DNA from: Yuukianura sp. NJ FZ-2021
Taxonomy: Eukaryota
Length of the DNA: 64,000 nt
Assembly: GCA_046563655.1 (NCBI GenBank)
Contig: CM102289.1
Coordinates: forward strand, 2,728,001-2,792,000
Direction: 5' to 3'
Part shown: one piece after another, positions 11,971 to 23,240 of the stretch
Position numbering within the stretch: position 1 is the stretch's first letter
How the letters are laid out: each line of letters starts with the position of its first letter
The notes under the pieces: model-generated
Told to the model about the DNA's origin: nothing
What the model saw: the letters and a program-made list of their open reading frames with translations, nothing else
Database searches by the model: none
Translations under genes and position numbers: made by a program

Positions 11971-12126
11971 TTTTTTTTTTTTTTTGTGTTTTTGTGTCTT
12001 TTATTTAACAACACTTACACCCACAAAATGTGGGTTGAAAAAGTTATTGAAAATTCTGAGATTATAGTAGAAACACTTCTGTGAGATGATGTCCGGTGGG
12101 AAGGGTACCAAGAACGGAGGCTGGTA
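11971..12126 (-). mobile_element. 5'-truncated copy of the CRE-type RLE retrotransposon, with poly(A) tail and 10-bp TSD
   Basis: 12011-12123 matches 24670-24782 (6 mismatches in 113 bp by eye); poly(T) 11969-11985; TTTATT near 12000; TSD ATTTGAACTT at 11961-11970 and 12127-12136. Confidence 0.9.
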
Positions 12127-12584
12127 ATTTGAACTTGATGTTGAACCTTATGACACAAATCTAACCTCGAAAGTATTGCAAATTGTATAAAGTCTGATGA
12201 ATTGTTTTCTGTTGAAGAAGTCTCAACTGAAGATATTAAAATAAAAGGAAAATAATGAAGAGGAAAAATTCGGAAGTGGAAATTCTTGGTGTCAGTAAAA
12301 GAATGTTTAATGTTTTAATGAACTTTCACAATTTCGTCGAATTTTTGAGAACCTTTTGTGAAATCATTTTTGTAAAAGGCTGTATACCTCCTCAACTAAA
12401 AGTGACAAAAATTATTCCTATCCCAAAGATAAAGAATCCGAAAAGGCCTAAAGATCTGAGACCAATTGGAATTTCGCATTTTATAATGATTTTTCTTGAA
12501 AAGATATTTGTGAAAAAAGTGATTGAACATATTAACAAGAACAATTTTCTGAGTGACTACCAGTTTGGCTGTAGAAAAAAAAAT

Positions 12585-13094
12585 TTTTGCCAAAAACGGA
12601 AACGAAACGGAACGGTATTTCACAACACGGAAACGGAAACGGTCGAAACCAGGATAAACGAAAACGAAACGGAAACGGTTCAAGAAAAACGGTTAAGAAA
12701 CGGGAAAACCGTTGACGGTATCAGCTGTGGGGTCAATCATTTATACCATGACTAACATACTGCGGTACCAATAACCTAAGCCTCGCAATCATTGAAACCA
12801 TTTGACAATGATTACACATTGGCCTAATCACTCCCATTAGTCAAATCTGGGCATATTAAGTTGACAGGATCATAATTTTATGATTTTGCCAGCTTTATAA
12901 CATAAAAAAATGGTTTTTTGTGCATTCCGTGTTTCCCGTTTTTGATTTTGGTTGCCGTTTATTTTCCGTTTCGTATTACGGAGAAATGGAAAACGGAACG
13001 AATACAACCGCTTTCAAAATTTTTTAAAACGAAAACGGAAAAACCGGATTTGCCGTTTTGTTTCCCGTTTTAAACAAAAACGGCGGCACCCCTA
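12585..13094. mobile_element. One-ended hAT-like non-autonomous element rich in AAACGG subterminal motifs
   Basis: Many AAACGG/CCGTTT motifs in both orientations; right end CGGCACCCCTA (= TAGGGGTGCCG), similar to hAT TAGGG.. termini; left TIR not found; interrupts the LINE RT. Confidence 0.55.
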
Positions 13095-14340
13095 TTTAAA
13101 ATTTCTGACTTTTGGCTTCGTGACTACTTTAGTAATAGATTCCAATTTGTTGAGATGTTAAATAGAAAGTCGAAACTCATTAAAAATCCAACTGGTTTAA
13201 TTCAAGGGAGTGTCCTGGGACCAGTTTTCTTCACATATTTCATTAATGACATTCAATTGGTTATTAAAAATGGAAAGTTGATTATTTTTGTGGATGACAC
13301 TAGCATCATTTTTGTTTGCGACAAGAATGAAATTGGTGAAATGGTCGAAATAATAAATCAGGATATGAACAACTTAATAAAGTGGATTAAAAGTAACAAA
13401 CTGATGCTTAATGAAGAAAAAACAAAGCTTTTGGTATTTGGGTGTAAATATGGATTACTTAAAAATGCGATTTCTTTAAATGGAATTTTGGTCAATCAAA
13501 GTGAAAGTGTGAAAATGCTCGGGCTAATAGTAAATTCGAACCTAAAGTGGGATGAACAAGTTAATAGTGTTGTTCAAAAATGTTATGGAGTTATGGGATG
13601 CATTTATAAATATAAAGAATATTTCCCCCTAAAATCTAGACGTATTGTGTTAGAAGCCTTAGTGCTGTCTGTAATACAATATATGATGGTCGTTTGGGGT
13701 GAAACGACAAAGAAAAACTTAAAGAAAGTGGAAAAAGTCATAAGAACAATGGCAAGAATGGCACTCGATAACCCAGTTTCTGAAGATATGACAAAAGAAT
13801 TAAATTGGTTATATCCCGAGTCACTATTTAAGTATAAAGTATTAATATTGATGTACAAGTTAATGAATGAAAACTGTATAGCTGTACTTAATGATTATTA
13901 TAAAAAAAGTGGTGAAATTCACAGATATCCAACATCAAATGCATGTAATAAGACTAGAATTAGTTAAGGCAACTCGAATACAAAGGGAAAATATGGTAGC
14001 ATAACTTTTCAAACAAGATCGACACAATTATGGAATGAGCTAAAACAGGAAATACGTGAAGCTAAAAGTGTAACACAGTTTAAGCGTCTATTAAAAACTG
14101 AGCTAATTAGGATTCAGCTTGAGAAATATACTTAATTAGGTTAAATTTTAGCGAGGTATTAATTAGTATTTATATATTTTTGTATAGTATTAGGGTAAAG
14201 TAGGTTAGATTAGAATTAATATTTAACTTAACAACCAACAAAACTCGATTCTAAACTGCGTAAGGCAACTCCGGTGGGGGTAGTTAGAATATTGTATGGA
14301 AATGAAATAATGATCGTAAAATAAATCAACTTAAAATATA

Positions 14341-15683
14341 GGGTCAGTGCACCTAAGTGTGATCGTTTTTTCTGAGTTTCGACTTTGAGCACCAAAATCT
14401 CTCAATCTAAACGGATTTTGACAAATCCAAAGCCTCCGTTCTGAAGTACAACTTGTCCCCAATGAGATTAACTATTTTTTTATTTAAATTTTACAGCCTA
14501 ACTTTGTTCTAGCGAATTTTAAAAAAACTTGAACAGCCGATCACACTTTCCCCCAAAATGGGGCAAGTGTGATTTTTTTGTGGGAAAGTGTGATCTAATT
14601 GAAAAGCATGTGTATTCAAGTTTTTTAATTTTACACTAATACAAAACATTGCAGTTCACACATTTAAGTATTTTCTAGGCTGTATGATTCACTGGAATTT
14701 CCAGTCTAGTATTGAATATTCCGCGTTTCTCGAATCCTTTTTTGATAATGTCCGGACTTATTGCGCTCCATGTTTTACGGAAGATATTGACACAAACTGA
14801 CTTTGGTAGTAACGTTCCATAGTTATGTCGTGCCCATTCCGCAGTAACCCTAACTTAACTTATCGAAAAATTGTAACGTCGAGCGGTTGGAGAATATGCG
14901 AAGTGTGAGGTGGCAATTTCAAAATTGTAACATTGACAACTTCTTCCTTCCGAGTCCAAATCCCCATTTGCTCATCGTTTTCAGCACGTCCGAAAGTTCT
15001 TTCTCCTTGTCAATTGAATTGCTGGCCATTTTGCCTCCTCCACATACGCTTTCGACTGCTGACTTCCTGCCTTTCCCACCTTTCGTTTTCAATAAGAGTG
15101 CTGTTTTTTGGTAGGCCGAATTTGGAAGCGGCTTTAGCAATTGGGAGTGCATTTGGTATTGCTTCATGTGTCCGTCCAGGCACCTCCACATCCCCTGTTT
15201 GTCTTTTGTGCGTAATTTCGTACCATTTTAGTACAGAATCCCAAGTTAGTTTGATCAGTTTTCCCTTCTGGTTTCGCTAATCACACTTCCCCCTCTTTTT
15301 GAAAAATCGGGGGGAAAGTGTGATTCCAGTATTGTTAAGCACTGGACTATCGTAACACCCGAAACTCGACGTACATTGTTACATAGCGCTTTGGAGAAGA
15401 GGATTGTTGGAACAGCTGATTCCTGACCTCGAGATTTGACCTTTTAAATTCCAACTCTCTTTGGAAAATGAGAATTAGAAAGAAAAGTTTAGAGTTGGTC
15501 CACAAATAAAACCCACGTTTTCTTATATGCAAATTAGCTGATAAAATCACACGAGCACTAAATCTTGTAGCACATTACCCCCTGAATAACGTGTACTTTT
15601 TAGAATTTTAAAATTCATTGCCCCAGTGATGCTATAAGCTGCGATCACAATTGCCCCGCAATCACACTTAGGTGCACTGACCC
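14341..15683 (-). mobile_element. pogo/Tigger-like (Tc1/mariner superfamily) DNA transposon, internally deleted and degenerate
   Basis: Perfect 23-bp TIR GGGTCAGTGCACCTAAGTGTGAT (14341-14363 / 15661-15683) with TA on both sides; subterminal GGGGAAAGTGTGAT-like repeats; frameshifted N-terminus from ATG 15226: MVRNYAQKTNRG..., AKAASKFGLPKNSTL (HTH-psq-like), EKELSDVLKTMSKWGFGL (CENP-B HTH-like). Confidence 0.85.
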
Positions 15684-16717
15684 TAAACAAAAACGAATTG
15701 GAATTCAAATTTTAGGTTTTTAAAAGTTCAAGTTTTTAAATTTTTAGGTAATGCACCGCAACGGTGTTTTGAGTGGAGGTACGACAATGCTTCCTGGATT
15801 TGCTAATCGAATGGAATCAGATCTTCGCAAACTTGTTTCTCCAAAATGTTCAAAAGTGAAAGTAATCGCTCAAGAGCATTGAAATCATTCCAGTTGGATC
15901 GGCGGATCGACGCTCACTGTAGTTAATGCTTTTCATGCGAGTTACAAATGCTTCTAAGGAAAATCCACTTCGATTCACCATAATTCCATCTGTGACTATA
16001 AAATTCTTCAAACTTTTCAACGTGTTGTACAAATATTGCCCAAAATTATGTGCATTAGTTGTTATTAGCTATAATGAAAAAAAAATTAAGTCCATTTGTT
16101 TGTCTTAATATATTATTGATTACACGTGACAACTGATGACGGGAAAGCTGACAGAAAAAATTCACAACAGCAACATCATGCTTCTTGAATAGGTAGATGC
16201 TATCATTTTCTACACGAAAATTATACCAAATCACATAAGCGTACTATTGTTTCGTTCCCGTGTAAATATTTGTTAAGTCTAATTGAATCTAATGAGTAAT
16301 TTCAGTTTATTGGAACACTTTAATCAACGCAATTATTCAATTTACAAAAACAGTGAAAAAGTTTGTGCGTAAATCAGCTACTAATTACTAAATCCTCATT
16401 TATTCCGATCTCTTCGTGTTTTTTTCCTAGAATTGATTTTACTGTTTGGTTGCCTAAAATAACTGTAAATCCTGATTGGCCTTTATGTCGCTTTATCAAT
16501 TTCAGAACGAAAAACGAAAACCGAAAGCAGATTATATTGTATTACAATGACTAAACCTCATCAACTGATACCAAAGTAATATTTATCAACAGAAGTTGTA
16601 ACAAATAAGCTGTATAAAACTAAGTGCAGATCAAAGCATTTTAATAAAACATTTTTACAACCATTTCTCAAAAGTGTTTTGCATTTAATAGCACTAGCAT
16701 TCGTCTCGTAGGTGAAA

Positions 16718-17861
16718 ATGTCACCAGTGTAGAAAGTGGCTACGTAACTTTAATTTAGTGTTTATTCTAAGATTCGTTTAGAGTTATAACGCCATCTCTT
16801 GCCGAGTTTGGCACCTTTTTTCCTCGTTATGTTAGATGAAAATATTGCTAGAGAAAAAAGGAAGTGTGCGTGCATATATATACAATTTAAGAAAAAAGAG
16901 AACATTGTTAGTAGTAAGAAGATCATCGAAAAATTAAATAACTACTAAAAAACACTTCAACTTTTAGCATCACTACAAATCATTTTTCACAAAGGACAAC
17001 TGGTATTCGAGTAGTGTTCTCTAAACGGGTAGTTTTGACGGCACTCTCAACACCAGTTTACTTTTTCCTTGCGTTGTTTTGCATCTGTGGAGTAGCAATC
17101 GCTCAGTACAATCCTACTGCAAAGTTGTATAATGCATCCAACTGCGGCGGCGCATTTGTCAAAATTCCACAAAACAACTACGTTCCTGACCTAAGTCAAA
17201 TTGCATTCGACAACAAAGCTCAGTCTGTCTTCCTACGTGGACCGTAAGATTTTATTTAAGAAACTACTTCATTCTCAGCATTCTGCAAAATTCCCTCAAC
17301 TTTAGAAATTTTAATTTGAAAACACATTCACTCATTAGAAAATATTTCAGGTGGATGTTCTATGACTTGCAAAACTACAACTACGCACAGGATGCTCTGA
17401 TGGAGTACATTTTCGAATCGAGCGAACGCTGCGTAAATTTTATTGACATCGGTGGGTATTCGTCCTCAGTCAAATATGCTGGACATAGCGGCGACTACCG
17501 CGTAGACACCATTACGTTCTACGAGTACACCTATTTCCAAGCTGCAGAAGAATTAGTTCAATACGACATGCCAAACCTGGCTCTTCATGGACGCATTGCC
17601 TCCCTCATTGTGACTGGAACTTCTGCCTGGACCATCTATGACATGCCCAGCTATGGTGGCAACGCTATTTGTCTAGAAATGGAACCTTCGCCGAACTACG
17701 AACCTGCATTCGTTCCAAACACGGCGCTCCTTGACCCGACGGTTCCGCGTGGGGCAATTGCGTCAGTTCAGAAAGGCTGCCACACTAAAAACATCCTCAA
17801 AGTCAAACGTAGCAAGACTTCCGTACATAACAAGAGTGTCGATCTCAAAATTTCATTTTGA
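16718..17861 (+). pseudogene. Secreted beta/gamma-crystallin-domain gene, copy 2, disrupted by a 329-bp insertion just after the ATG
   Basis: ATG TCA CCA GTG TAG gives MSPV*. The remainder (17051-17243, 17351-17861) is otherwise intact and differs from copy 1 by 2 amino acids. Confidence 0.7.
16729..17057. mobile_element. 329-bp non-coding insertion flanked by a 7-bp direct repeat CACCAGT, with an imperfect terminal inverted repeat
   Basis: Empty site in copy 1 (6902-6908) has one CACCAGT; copy 2 has it at 16722-16728 and 17051-17057; GTGTAGAAAGTG / CACTCTCAACAC form a 10/12 inverted repeat. Confidence 0.75.
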
Positions 17862-18280
17862 ATTAACTTGAATTTATAAGTGCTCATTAACTAAAAAAGC
17901 ATTGTCAAATAATGTTAATTGTTTATTTAATATGAATAATCCTGAACAATTGAATAAGCATTGAGGATAAATCTATAATTTAGAACTTTACAAACACGGC
18001 ATACGAATCGTAAAGTTGCCTTCTGACAACAAAATTTGAATTTGATTAAAATAAAATTCAGTTTTTGTATTATTACAGCATTAACAAATGTCGGATTGGA
18101 ATAAATTTTTGAATTGCAGCACGACATGCAAAACAAAGATAATTTTTTGGGGGAATTAAGTTCAACGATAAGTTTTGCATAGAGGTATATATTGCATGTT
18201 TAGGCTAAATCAAACGTTTTTTTTTAAAGTTGTGTACTTATTTGGAGCGGCCATAGCTTAAGGCTGTTCTGACATTCCTG

Positions 18281-21200
18281 TCACCAATTATATTTACTTC
18301 TTCCATGTCTATTTCGCGATCTCCTTCGAACGTTCGTTCTTCCAGCTTTACTTCCAGTGCTTTCTGCTGAGGTTGATGCTTTTTCCGACTTCCACTGCTT
18401 GCGAAAGGTTTTACCCGACCTGGACTTACCTCTTCCTGCTGCTTTCGACGTTCCGCGAGAAGTTCCTCCAGAATTTCGTTCAGCATTTTCGTAAGAATTT
18501 AACACTTCATAGTCCGAATCATAATCGTTTCTAAATACTTGTGAATTCCTTTCCGAAGCTTTTCCAGAACGTTTTGCAGAAGTAGATGCTTTTCCAGATT
18601 TGTTATTTGTTTTCGACGACATCGATTGATCACCTCCTGGTGTTTTTCGCCTTCCTTCAGGAGCGCCCTCAAAATTTTTATCCGCATCGGAATTTCCTTC
18701 AAAGCTACTCGTATAAGTGCCTTTAGAATTACTTGCAGTAGTTTTAGAGGGTCCTTCAGAATTTCTTCCAGAATTGGATGCTGTTTTTGATTTTGCATTC
18801 GTATTTGACGATGTTGTGCTGGAATTAGGTTGACCACGTCTTGTCGACTTTGAGGTTCCCATAGATGTAGCTTCCGAATTTCTTTCAAAGTTATTGTCAG
18901 GATTTGAATTCTCTCCAGAAGCTATTTTAGAGCGTCTTCTTTCAGAAGTGGATGCATTTTTTGATTTAGAACTCGACTTTGACGTGATTCTGCCAGAAGT
19001 GGATTGACCACGACTTTCTGATGTCGTAGTTTTGGATTTGGAGCCTTTCCTTTTGATCTCCGTATTTCCGGTTTCGTCGGTCACCTCTGCAGGTTTTTTC
19101 GAATTCGTGTCATCTTCAGGGTAAGTGTAGTAGTACACAACTTCATCGTCGCTGGGATATGCTTCATCATCTACCTGACTTTTACTGCTGGAAGCGTCAG
19201 ATGCGCTTTGGCTTTTCGGCTTATGTTTGATGGTACTTTTGTAGCCTTCAGATTCATCTTCTTGGACATAATCATCCCTTGAAGTTGATTTTGTTTCATC
19301 ACCGGTTGTGTCACTCTGATACTCATTGTATTCGTCATCGGAATCAAATTCACCTTTATCCGGTTTGTCAAATTCGCGTCTTTGGTAGGTTTTACTAGTC
19401 GTGAATTTCCCGCCCCTCTGACCTCTGTTCGGCCGACGTGAGTTGGATTGACGTCTATCGGGCTTGTTTTCTGGAGAGTTTCGGCCGCCCGTGTGATCAG
19501 ATTTGTAATACTGACGGCTTATTTGTGATTTACCGTTTTGCCTGGTGCCGTACCGTTCTCTACCGGATCGATCATCTTTCCGCAGGTTTTCACTTCGATC
19601 AGTGGCACGACGGTTTTTCGGTTCAATCTCTTCTTCGGGAGTTTCACTTTCACCTCTGCGAGAAACATTTTTGGAGTTTCCCTGCCGGACTCTTGTGCTC
19701 CTTTTTTCAGACTCTGTGGTTTCTGTATCTCCACTTTCTTCGCGTTTTCTGTCGGACGTATTCCAATTTCGCGGTTTTTTACTTCGACCTGGAGCTCCAC
19801 GGTTTTCCGGTTCATTCTCGTCTTCAACAATTTCACGGCTGCGGGAGACATCTTTCGAGTTTCCTTGCCGGATTCTTTCGCTTCTTTTTTCAGACTCTGC
19901 CATTTCTGTCTCTTCAACTTCTTCATCTTCACGTACTGTGGAACCTCTAACAGTATTTGGCCGCTTCGGTTTGCCACCTTGCGGGGCCTTTCGTTTTGGT
20001 GCCTCGGAATATTCGGAAGTTTCAGTGTTTTTAGTGGACGTACTCGCAGAATCTCCGGTGTTCTCTGTGTCTTCGCTTTGCAATTTTGAGTTATCCTCAG
20101 GTTTCTTCGTGGAATTTTGTCCATTTGTATTGTTTTTGAGAGATTCTGCTACAATCAATTTAACAATCTCTTCCCATTTTTTATACGACTCAGTGTCACT
20201 TGTTGCGTTCGGATTATCTTTTCCGGACGTTCCCGAACTTGCCTTTGCGTCAGGTACGGAATCCTTTTCGGTTTTGTCATCGGAACTGCCGGCAGCCTCA
20301 ATCTGCTCTTCATTGGTTGAAGTTCGATTTGCAGTGTCGTTTGTGCTTCCATTTTTCTCAGAAATTATCTTACCGGACGCAGATTTCGAACTTGGAGACT
20401 CAGATTTTGAAGCTGTTTGATTCTCGCTCGTTGTGTCACGCGCAACGCTGCCATTCATGTTGTTGTCCTTTTCTTCCTGTGAGGCGCCATTACTTTCACT
20501 TTCTGATCCAGTTTTACCGCCGTTTGACTCGTCTGCAGTGCTGGATTTGCCTGAACCGGAAGAAGAGCCATTCGCTTCCGTTTCCGTCTGTTTTTTAGTT
20601 TTAGTCTCTACCGTTTCAGTTTTCTTTGTGAAGCGTCCCGACTGTCCGGAATTCGCAGTGTCCGATTTGGTTACCTTTGGTTTCGGTTCAGGTTGAGCTT
20701 TAGTGTCATTTGACTGCGTGTGTGTATCGGTACGACTTTTGCCTTGTTTGGTGGTTTCAGTTTCTTGATTTGCTGCGGCTGAGTCACTTGTTGCTGGTGC
20801 TTCATCATCACCATTTTGACCTTGAACAGTTGAGGCTCCGAACGACTTTGGCCGGGATTGGTCCGAACTTTGTCCTGAGGCGACAGATTCAGCATTTGAT
20901 GGAGTTCTTGTAGATTTAGCACGTCCAGGTCCGCTAGATTCTGTTTCAGTCACAGTTTCGGATTCAGTTTCCACTTGAGAAACAGAAGTTTCTTCAAAAT
21001 CCTGTTCATCTTCAGACACTACTTTAACGACTTTCTCAAATTGTCCGGATTCTGGTAAATCTGGTGGATTTGAAGCGTCAGGCTCAGTTTCATTTTGATC
21101 ATCTTCGTCAGATTCAGATTCAGTGTCAATTAGGTACATGATGACACCTTTTCTACCAAGTCCCTTAAGGCCCCTGTGTTCCATTTCTTCTGCTTCTGCG

Positions 21201-22171
21201 TCATTCCGAGTCATAAACATTGTCTTCCACTGGCTATATGTAAGGCTCTTCGGATATGATTTGAAATATTTCTTTTTGAAACGGATTTCAGATAATTTTC
21301 CAGCGCGTTCGTCTTCTAAGCAATATTTTGCAAAGTCTGCACTTGAGGTAACTCTTTTCAACCGCCCTGTATCGCGATTCTGTTTGTTTTTAGTAGAGTA
21401 CTTGCTGCGAAGTGGAAACACAAAGTAGGCTCTTCGGACATAACGGATTTTACCTTTAGCGCGATACCATCTTACCACATAACGAATTCTGACTCGGAAA
21501 GTTCGTTTTTCAATGAACGTTTTCCGTTGGCCAGATTTTGATTTGTAGCTATACGTATACGTCCGCGTAATGAAACGCGGAATAGGTGTACATTCTTCTG
21601 CGCCGTTGCCATCTCTCCTGGATGAACTGTAGTTTTTGTATCTAGAGGTTGAAGTGGTCGTGGTCTTCACTTTTGACTTGTGCTTCCGTCTATGGGAATG
21701 GTCATCATCATCATCATCATAATCATTTCCATCTCCTCCTCCTCCTCCTCCACCTCCACCTCCTCCTCCTCTTCCGGAAGATCTGAAACTCTCGTAGGAA
21801 TCCGGCGTCAATTCCAATACTAAATTCAAAATTCATCGTTTTATGAAAAATGTAATTGAATTCCTTTTTCAAATTAATTGAATTCAATTTGATTAAAAAT
21901 TGCGAATTTAATTAAGTATAATTTTTACAAAACGATTTTAAACTTACTGGGAAGTTTCTTAGTCAAACCAGCTTTGAATCCCAGGGCGCGCAACGATGAA
22001 ATTCTGCCGTTGTCGTTTCTGTCCCTGCCAGCCACCTACAAAACAAAAACGTGGTTATGTATTATTATAATATTTATGTATTAATATAAGTAAAAATATT
22101 TTCAGGTTTACAGTAATTTGTAAGTCCAAGTTAAGAATTATGATCAGAAACAACCCCAAAGAAATGTCCAT
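18281..22171 (-). CDS. ~1228-aa secreted low-complexity charged/Ser-Thr-rich protein (exons 22171-22112, 22035-21948, 21819-18281)
   Basis: Signal-like exon MDISLGLFLIIILNLDLQIT; exon VAGRDRNDNGRISSLRALGFKAGLTKKLP; phase-consistent GT-AG junctions into a 3.5-kb open exon. Confidence 0.75.
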
Positions 22172-22787
22172 TTTGAATTTAGAAGCCAGAAATTCGTATG
22201 GAATTCCTGAGGCTCATAATGAAAAACATGAAATCGTCTTGAAAAAATGTTCAAGGTTGAGACCTCAAAGTGACGATTATTTTAATTCACAAAGTGATGC
22301 GTGTCATCCTCTATTGTCTCCAATTTCAAAACGCGGCAGTTCATTGTCTTTGTTAAGGTATAAACAAGTTACATAGATTTATGTGAGTATGACGTATGAA
22401 GAAAAAAACAAATTCAATAAAACGTTGTAAAAGCCGTATGGAAGTAGCGAAGCGGATATAGAGATATGTAGATAAGAAGCGGTTCATCCAAGGTTTTGGC
22501 ATTATTGGCATTAGCGTGACGGAGAACGCTATCACATACAATGTATTGGCATGGGTATTTGGGAGAACGCAGTCACCTACGAAAAAAAAGCAACATGAGG
22601 TAGCGCATGCTTTCGCAAATGGTCAGCCCTTTTACGCTTCCCTTCTAATTACGACCATCACGCAAGTTCAACACCAACAACGAGCTTTCTGTTTTCTGAC
22701 AATTCAGGGAAATGTTGTCTCCAAAAACAACTCTGAATGTGTCGGTGGAAAAAGTTTGCTGAGATCAACGGTTGGGGTAAGCTTTAA

Positions 22788-22996
22788 CGACCGTCATTGT
22801 AGCCGCACAGTGTAGCCGCTCCGCCATTTTTTGTGGCTACAATGGGTGGCTACACTGTGTGGCAAGTTATGTTGCCACTTTAGGTTAGGTTAGGTTAGGT
22901 TAAAGAGGCTACTTAAGTTGCCGCTCAGGTGTAGCCACCCATTGTAGCCACAAAAAATGGCGGAGCGGCTACACTGTGCGGCTACAATGACGGTCG
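22788..22996. mobile_element. MITE with 68-bp perfect TIRs and an internal (TTAGG)4
   Basis: CGACCGTCATTGTAGCCGC...GGCTACAC (22788-22855) is the reverse complement of 22929-22996; TTAGG x4 at 22880-22899. Confidence 0.85.
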
Positions 22997-23240
22997 CTAA
23001 TCCTTACCTTGACCGATCAATCCAACCGAGTTAATTTTACCGTCGTCTGTCTTCTCTTATCTCGATCACCTTTTTTGATTGATTTTACGGAAATTATCAG
23101 CTGATTTGCTTTTACTATCGTAAGTCGTAGTGTCGTATGAGTTTTACTAACCAGCTTGTAACATAAACACCACGTATTTTTTTTTAGCTCGTAAACTGTA
23201 TTTACAAGGTTTTTCTTTTATATTCCGCAGTTTTCAAAAC

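Larger units (their letters stand above)
10800..14335 (+). mobile_element. Degenerate 5'-truncated APE-RT LINE (CR1/L2 group) with two nested insertions
   Basis: APE motifs VDILCLFETWL, RGGGVGI, VYIP, LGDL, LLDYIV, ISDH; RT motifs KIIPIPK, DLRPIG, QFG, QGSVLGP, FVDDT; several frameshifts and stops; the DLSKAFD region is missing; AATAAA near 14320. Confidence 0.9.
10572..15957 (+). pseudogene. Partial duplicate of the actin-related gene (exon-3 fragment 10572-10694, exon 4 15748-15957) with ~5 kb of TEs in the last intron
   Basis: Aligns by eye with ~5690-5811 and 5889-6146; 5' exons absent; CGA>TGA stop at 15880-15882; 48-bp deletion in exon 4. Confidence 0.85.
15720..18140 (+). repeat. Second copy of a segmental duplication (paralogous to ~5870-7990, plus 10572-10694)
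   Basis: Colinear, in places identical, coding and non-coding sequence, e.g. 6409-6910 vs 16218-16728 and 6902-7830 vs 17051-17985. Confidence 0.9.

Noticed and set aside
16727..17056. The 329-bp insertion as a precisely spliced introner
   Set aside because: GT at 16727 or 16729 joined to the AG ending at 17056 gives a -1 or +1 shift, so the frame is not restored; the track ORF at 17014 starts at GTG directly after a stop.
18238..21428. Overlapping and antisense ORFs such as 18238-18486, 19519-20124 and 19545-20420
   Set aside because: Shadow frames of the low-complexity 3.5-kb exon, with no independent motifs or splice support.
22880..22901. (TTAGG)4 as a telomere or chromosome-fusion scar
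   Set aside because: Only four units, enclosed within MITE TIRs.
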